Origin: Gemmatimonadales bacterium
GTDB taxonomy: Bacteria > Gemmatimonadota > Gemmatimonadetes > Gemmatimonadales > GWC2-71-9
Assembly (NCBI GenBank): GCA_965249575.1
Contig: OZ252244.1
Coordinates: forward strand, 3,264,001-3,328,000
DNA length: 64,000 nucleotides
Reading direction: 5' to 3'
Below, one piece after another: positions 61,417 to 64,000 of the stretch. A model generated the notes under the pieces. The model saw only the letters and a program-made list of their open reading frames with translations. It was not told the DNA's origin and did not search any database. Both the position numbers and the translations under genes were made by a program. The number at the start of each line of letters is the position of its first letter. The first letter of the stretch is position 1.

Positions 61417-61480
61417 TGTCTGGTAACCCTCAAGCCGTCACACCGCGCGGCGGTGGTGAACCCGTTGAATGGGGTGTTGA

Positions 61481-61552
61481 TTCGCCCAAGTGGCGCTCGA
61501 TCTTGTAGCGGTCCGCGAGGGCGGTCGAGAGGCGGGCGGTGATCTCGGGCAT
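61481..61552 (-). pseudogene. Ser/Thr kinase N-terminal fragment
   Basis: MPEITARLSTALADRYKIERHLGE. Confidence 0.7.
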
Positions 61553-62044
61553 CGGGCTAAGATGCGCCGCGTCGTCCGGTTTGGCGAGGTTTTGAGGTAG
61601 AACTTGGGGGGGCGACAGCCAGACCGCAGCCACCAGGGATCCTTGCGCCGGCAGCTCACACCGCAATAGCCTTCCTCAAGGATGAGTCATAAGAACTGGA
61701 CAGCCCCTTTGATAATGCCCTCATCTGCTTCGCTAGGAAAGCATCCTGCGATTCGGCGCACATCAAACCACAACTTGCCCACCTCTGAAGAATGCTCGGC
61801 GAGTCAGAGTCCTTAACTCCCATGATATTTCCGCAATAGTCAGGAGATCCTTTACAGTGCCAGGGCGTTAAGCGCGGGCGATAATGTGGCGAGCTTGACC
61901 TGGGTGACGGAGGTCCTGTTAGGTGCAGTAGTTTGGCGGGTACTCCCCAGGCACCTGACCACGAACGTTCGCGAATACGGCGTAATGGCCAGAAGTAGGC
62001 GTTATGGAGTTCTTGCCAAACGATTTAGCAGACGCAGAACGAAC

Positions 62045-62080
62045 TCGGTCGTAGGTTCAAGTCAAGTCCCACAGGGCCCA
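62045..62080 (+). repeat. degenerate 3' fragment of the tRNA(CAT) gene
   Basis: TCGGTCGTAGGTTCAAG(TCAAG)TCCCACAGGGCCCA, with a 5-bp duplication. Confidence 0.75.
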
Positions 62081-62193
62081 CTATATAGAACAACGACTTA
62101 CGGTGTCCCGCGGGTCAGAGCACTCCGGCGGAGGGCTCCTTCAGCCCTAAACGAGACGTGTAGAATGGGCACCTCGAACCAACAGCCGACACT

Positions 62194-63456
62194 ATGAGAA
62201 GGAATACTCTTCTTGCGGCCTTGGCCGTTACCGTCGGTGTACTGCCGATTGCGGTCTTCTCGGGCTGTGCACGCCCGGATCGTCCTCAAGCGTCCACGAC
62301 GGCGGCAACGCATCTCTTTGTTTGGGCCGGTGACGCAGACGAGAAGGACTCCGATTTTCTTGCCGTCATCGATGCGCGTCGGTCAGAGCCCACGTACGGG
62401 CAGGTTGTTGCCACGCTCCCGGTCGGAGCTCGGGCCACGATGCCTCATCACACCGAATACGAGTATCCCTCCAACGACATGCTGTTCGCCAACGGCTGGA
62501 TGGCCGGACGTACGTTCCTGATCAATCTGCAGGATCCTCTGGAGCCCCAACTCGCGGGGCAGGTCACCAGCGTCGAGGGCTACAGCTTTCCTCATAGCTT
62601 CGCACGCCCTCCCAATGGTCATGTGCTCGCCACGTTCCAGGCGCGAGGGGATCGCTATGCTCCCCCCGGTGGGTTAGTGGAGCTGGATGCGCAAGGACGC
62701 GGGGTGCGAGCGGCCTACGCAGCAACACCGGAGGTCGATAGTACCTTGATCTGGCCCTACAGCTTGGTCGTGCTCCCTCAGATTGACCGCGCTGTCTCCA
62801 CGAGCGCCGATATGGGCGTGCCACCCTGGGACGAGTGGGCCTTCCAGGACACCTACCACGTGCAGATCTGGGCGCTCAACGACCTGCGCCTCCTGGCAAC
62901 CGTTCCGCTGCCCGAGGTGGAACAGGGCGCCTACCACATTGCTCCGGCCGAGCCGCGGGTTCTCTCGGATGGCACCGTGTACGTGAATACCTTCAGTTGT
63001 GGCCTGTATCGGATAGTCGGACTCGAAAGCGCCAGTCCCAGGGGAGCGTTTGTACATGCGTTCCCCGGTGGCACATCGATGGAAACGGAGTGTGCTGTGC
63101 CCATCGTGCATGAGAAGTACTGGATCCAGACTGTGCCGGCGTTGCCGGGCTTGATTGTGCTGGACGTAAGCAAACCGGCAGAACCCATTGAAGTCTCTCG
63201 CCTGAAGCTAGATGAGGGCTACCCTAAGCCGCATTGGGTAGCAGCTGACCGCACGGCGGGTCGGCTTGTGGTAACGGGAGACGGGGGCTCCTGGGTCTTG
63301 ATCCTTGATCTTGACGAGGAGGTGGGTGCATTGACAGTAGACGAGGCCTTCCGGGATGAAGGAGTCATGCGCCCTGGTATAGATTTCAATCGGATGCAAT
63401 GGCCGCACGGTGAAACCGGTGGTGCCATCGTTCACGGTGCACTGTTCAGCAAATAG
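62194..63456 (+). CDS. secreted (possibly lipoprotein) selenium-binding-protein/methanethiol-oxidase-like beta-propeller
   Basis: Signal with FSGC, DFLAVID, HHTE, FPHSF, PHW, HGALFS. Confidence 0.65.
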   Translation: MRRNTLLAALAVTVGVLPIAVFSGCARPDRPQASTTAATHLFVWAGDADEKDSDFLAVIDARRSEPTYGQVVATLPVGARATMPHHTEYEYPSNDMLFANGWMAGRTFLINLQDPLEPQLAGQVTSVEGYSFPHSFARPPNGHVLATFQARGDRYAPPGGLVELDAQGRGVRAAYAATPEVDSTLIWPYSLVVLPQIDRAVSTSADMGVPPWDEWAFQDTYHVQIWALNDLRLLATVPLPEVEQGAYHIAPAEPRVLSDGTVYVNTFSCGLYRIVGLESASPRGAFVHAFPGGTSMETECAVPIVHEKYWIQTVPALPGLIVLDVSKPAEPIEVSRLKLDEGYPKPHWVAADRTAGRLVVTGDGGSWVLILDLDEEVGALTVDEAFRDEGVMRPGIDFNRMQWPHGETGGAIVHGALFSK

Positions 63457-63742
63457 TTGAGTTGGGGCAGCAAGCGTCGAACGGAGAGGAAGACCGCACG
63501 ATTGGTCATAGTTGTGGACGTCCTGAAGGACTGCTGCCACCAGATCAACCACGGTAGCGGTCGCGACGTGAGCGACGAATCCATTGCGGATGGAGCGACA
63601 CCGCTGAGCGTGAACTGGCAGACGGACAGCTATGTACGCATCCCGGTCAAGCTAGGATACGCAACGAGATGACACCCAACTCGCACCAAGTAACATCCGT
63701 CACCACCGCACGCACGAAGTCCAAGACGGGAAGACGGATGCG

Positions 63743-64000
63743 ATGAGTGACAGTACGAAGATCGAAGTGGTCGATGCGACCTGGAATCCCGTCCGCGGAT
63801 GCACGAAGGTCAGCCCTGGCTGCAAGAACTGCTACGCAGAGGCCTTCTCTGAGCGCTTCCGGGATGTAAAGGATCATCCGTTCGAGCAAGGCTTTGATCT
63901 TCGGTTAGTGCCGCGGAAGCTCGACGATCCGCTCAGCTGGCGGAAACCCCGCCGAGTGTTCGTGAACTCGATGAGCGACCTGTTCCACGAGGGCATTCCA
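63743..64000 (+). CDS. DUF5131 / phage Gp37-Gp68 family radical-SAM-like protein, runs off window
   Basis: Manual translation MSDSTKIE..TWNPVRGCTKVSPGCKNCYAE..FVNSMSDLFHE. Confidence 0.85.
   Translation, partial: MSDSTKIEVVDATWNPVRGCTKVSPGCKNCYAEAFSERFRDVKDHPFEQGFDLRLVPRKLDDPLSWRKPRRVFVNSMSDLFHEGIP

Noticed and set aside
61811..61914. Possible attC (CCTTAAC..GTTAAGC) and a lone GGTGACGGAGGT
   Set aside because: Inner arms do not pair convincingly; a single iteron could be chance

Overview
High-GC bacterial DNA, possibly Gemmatimonadota (inferred only from the 'ITARLSTALADRY'-type Ser/Thr kinase family). It has two parts. (1) 1-27.7 kb is a surface-polysaccharide locus: SLBB export protein, rmlCDBA, hflX, epimerases, a MraY-like initiating transferase fusion, Wzi-like, Wzx, Wzy, Wzz-like, asnB-type amidotransferase, methyltransferase, GT4s and a Tat-exported lyase-like gene. 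It ends in a frameshifted, apparently chimeric stretch. (2) 27.7-64 kb is a composite accessory region around one intact tRNA(CAT), probably Ile2. Two further 3' fragments of that tRNA and four 3' halves of a tRNA-Pro(GGG) gene (no intact copy in the window) divide the region into stacked cassettes. Most fragments are flanked by paired arm-type direct repeats. One cassette is an autonomous satellite-like element (integrase, Xis-like HTH, PrimPol/P4-type primase-helicase, GGTGAC iteron origin); the others have att ends but no integrase. A ~1.75 kb serine-hydrolase cassette bounded by a ~150 bp GGTGAC-iteron module occurs twice. Much of the cargo is a collage of abruptly truncated gene fragments (defence, kinase, IS481, integron attC). 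Intact cargo includes a metal-uptake operon led by an RGPP uORF and a 1508-aa helicase-nuclease. Several homopolymer frameshifts suggest long-read indel errors, so all junctions need read-level checking. Products were assigned by motif recognition only; no searches were run.
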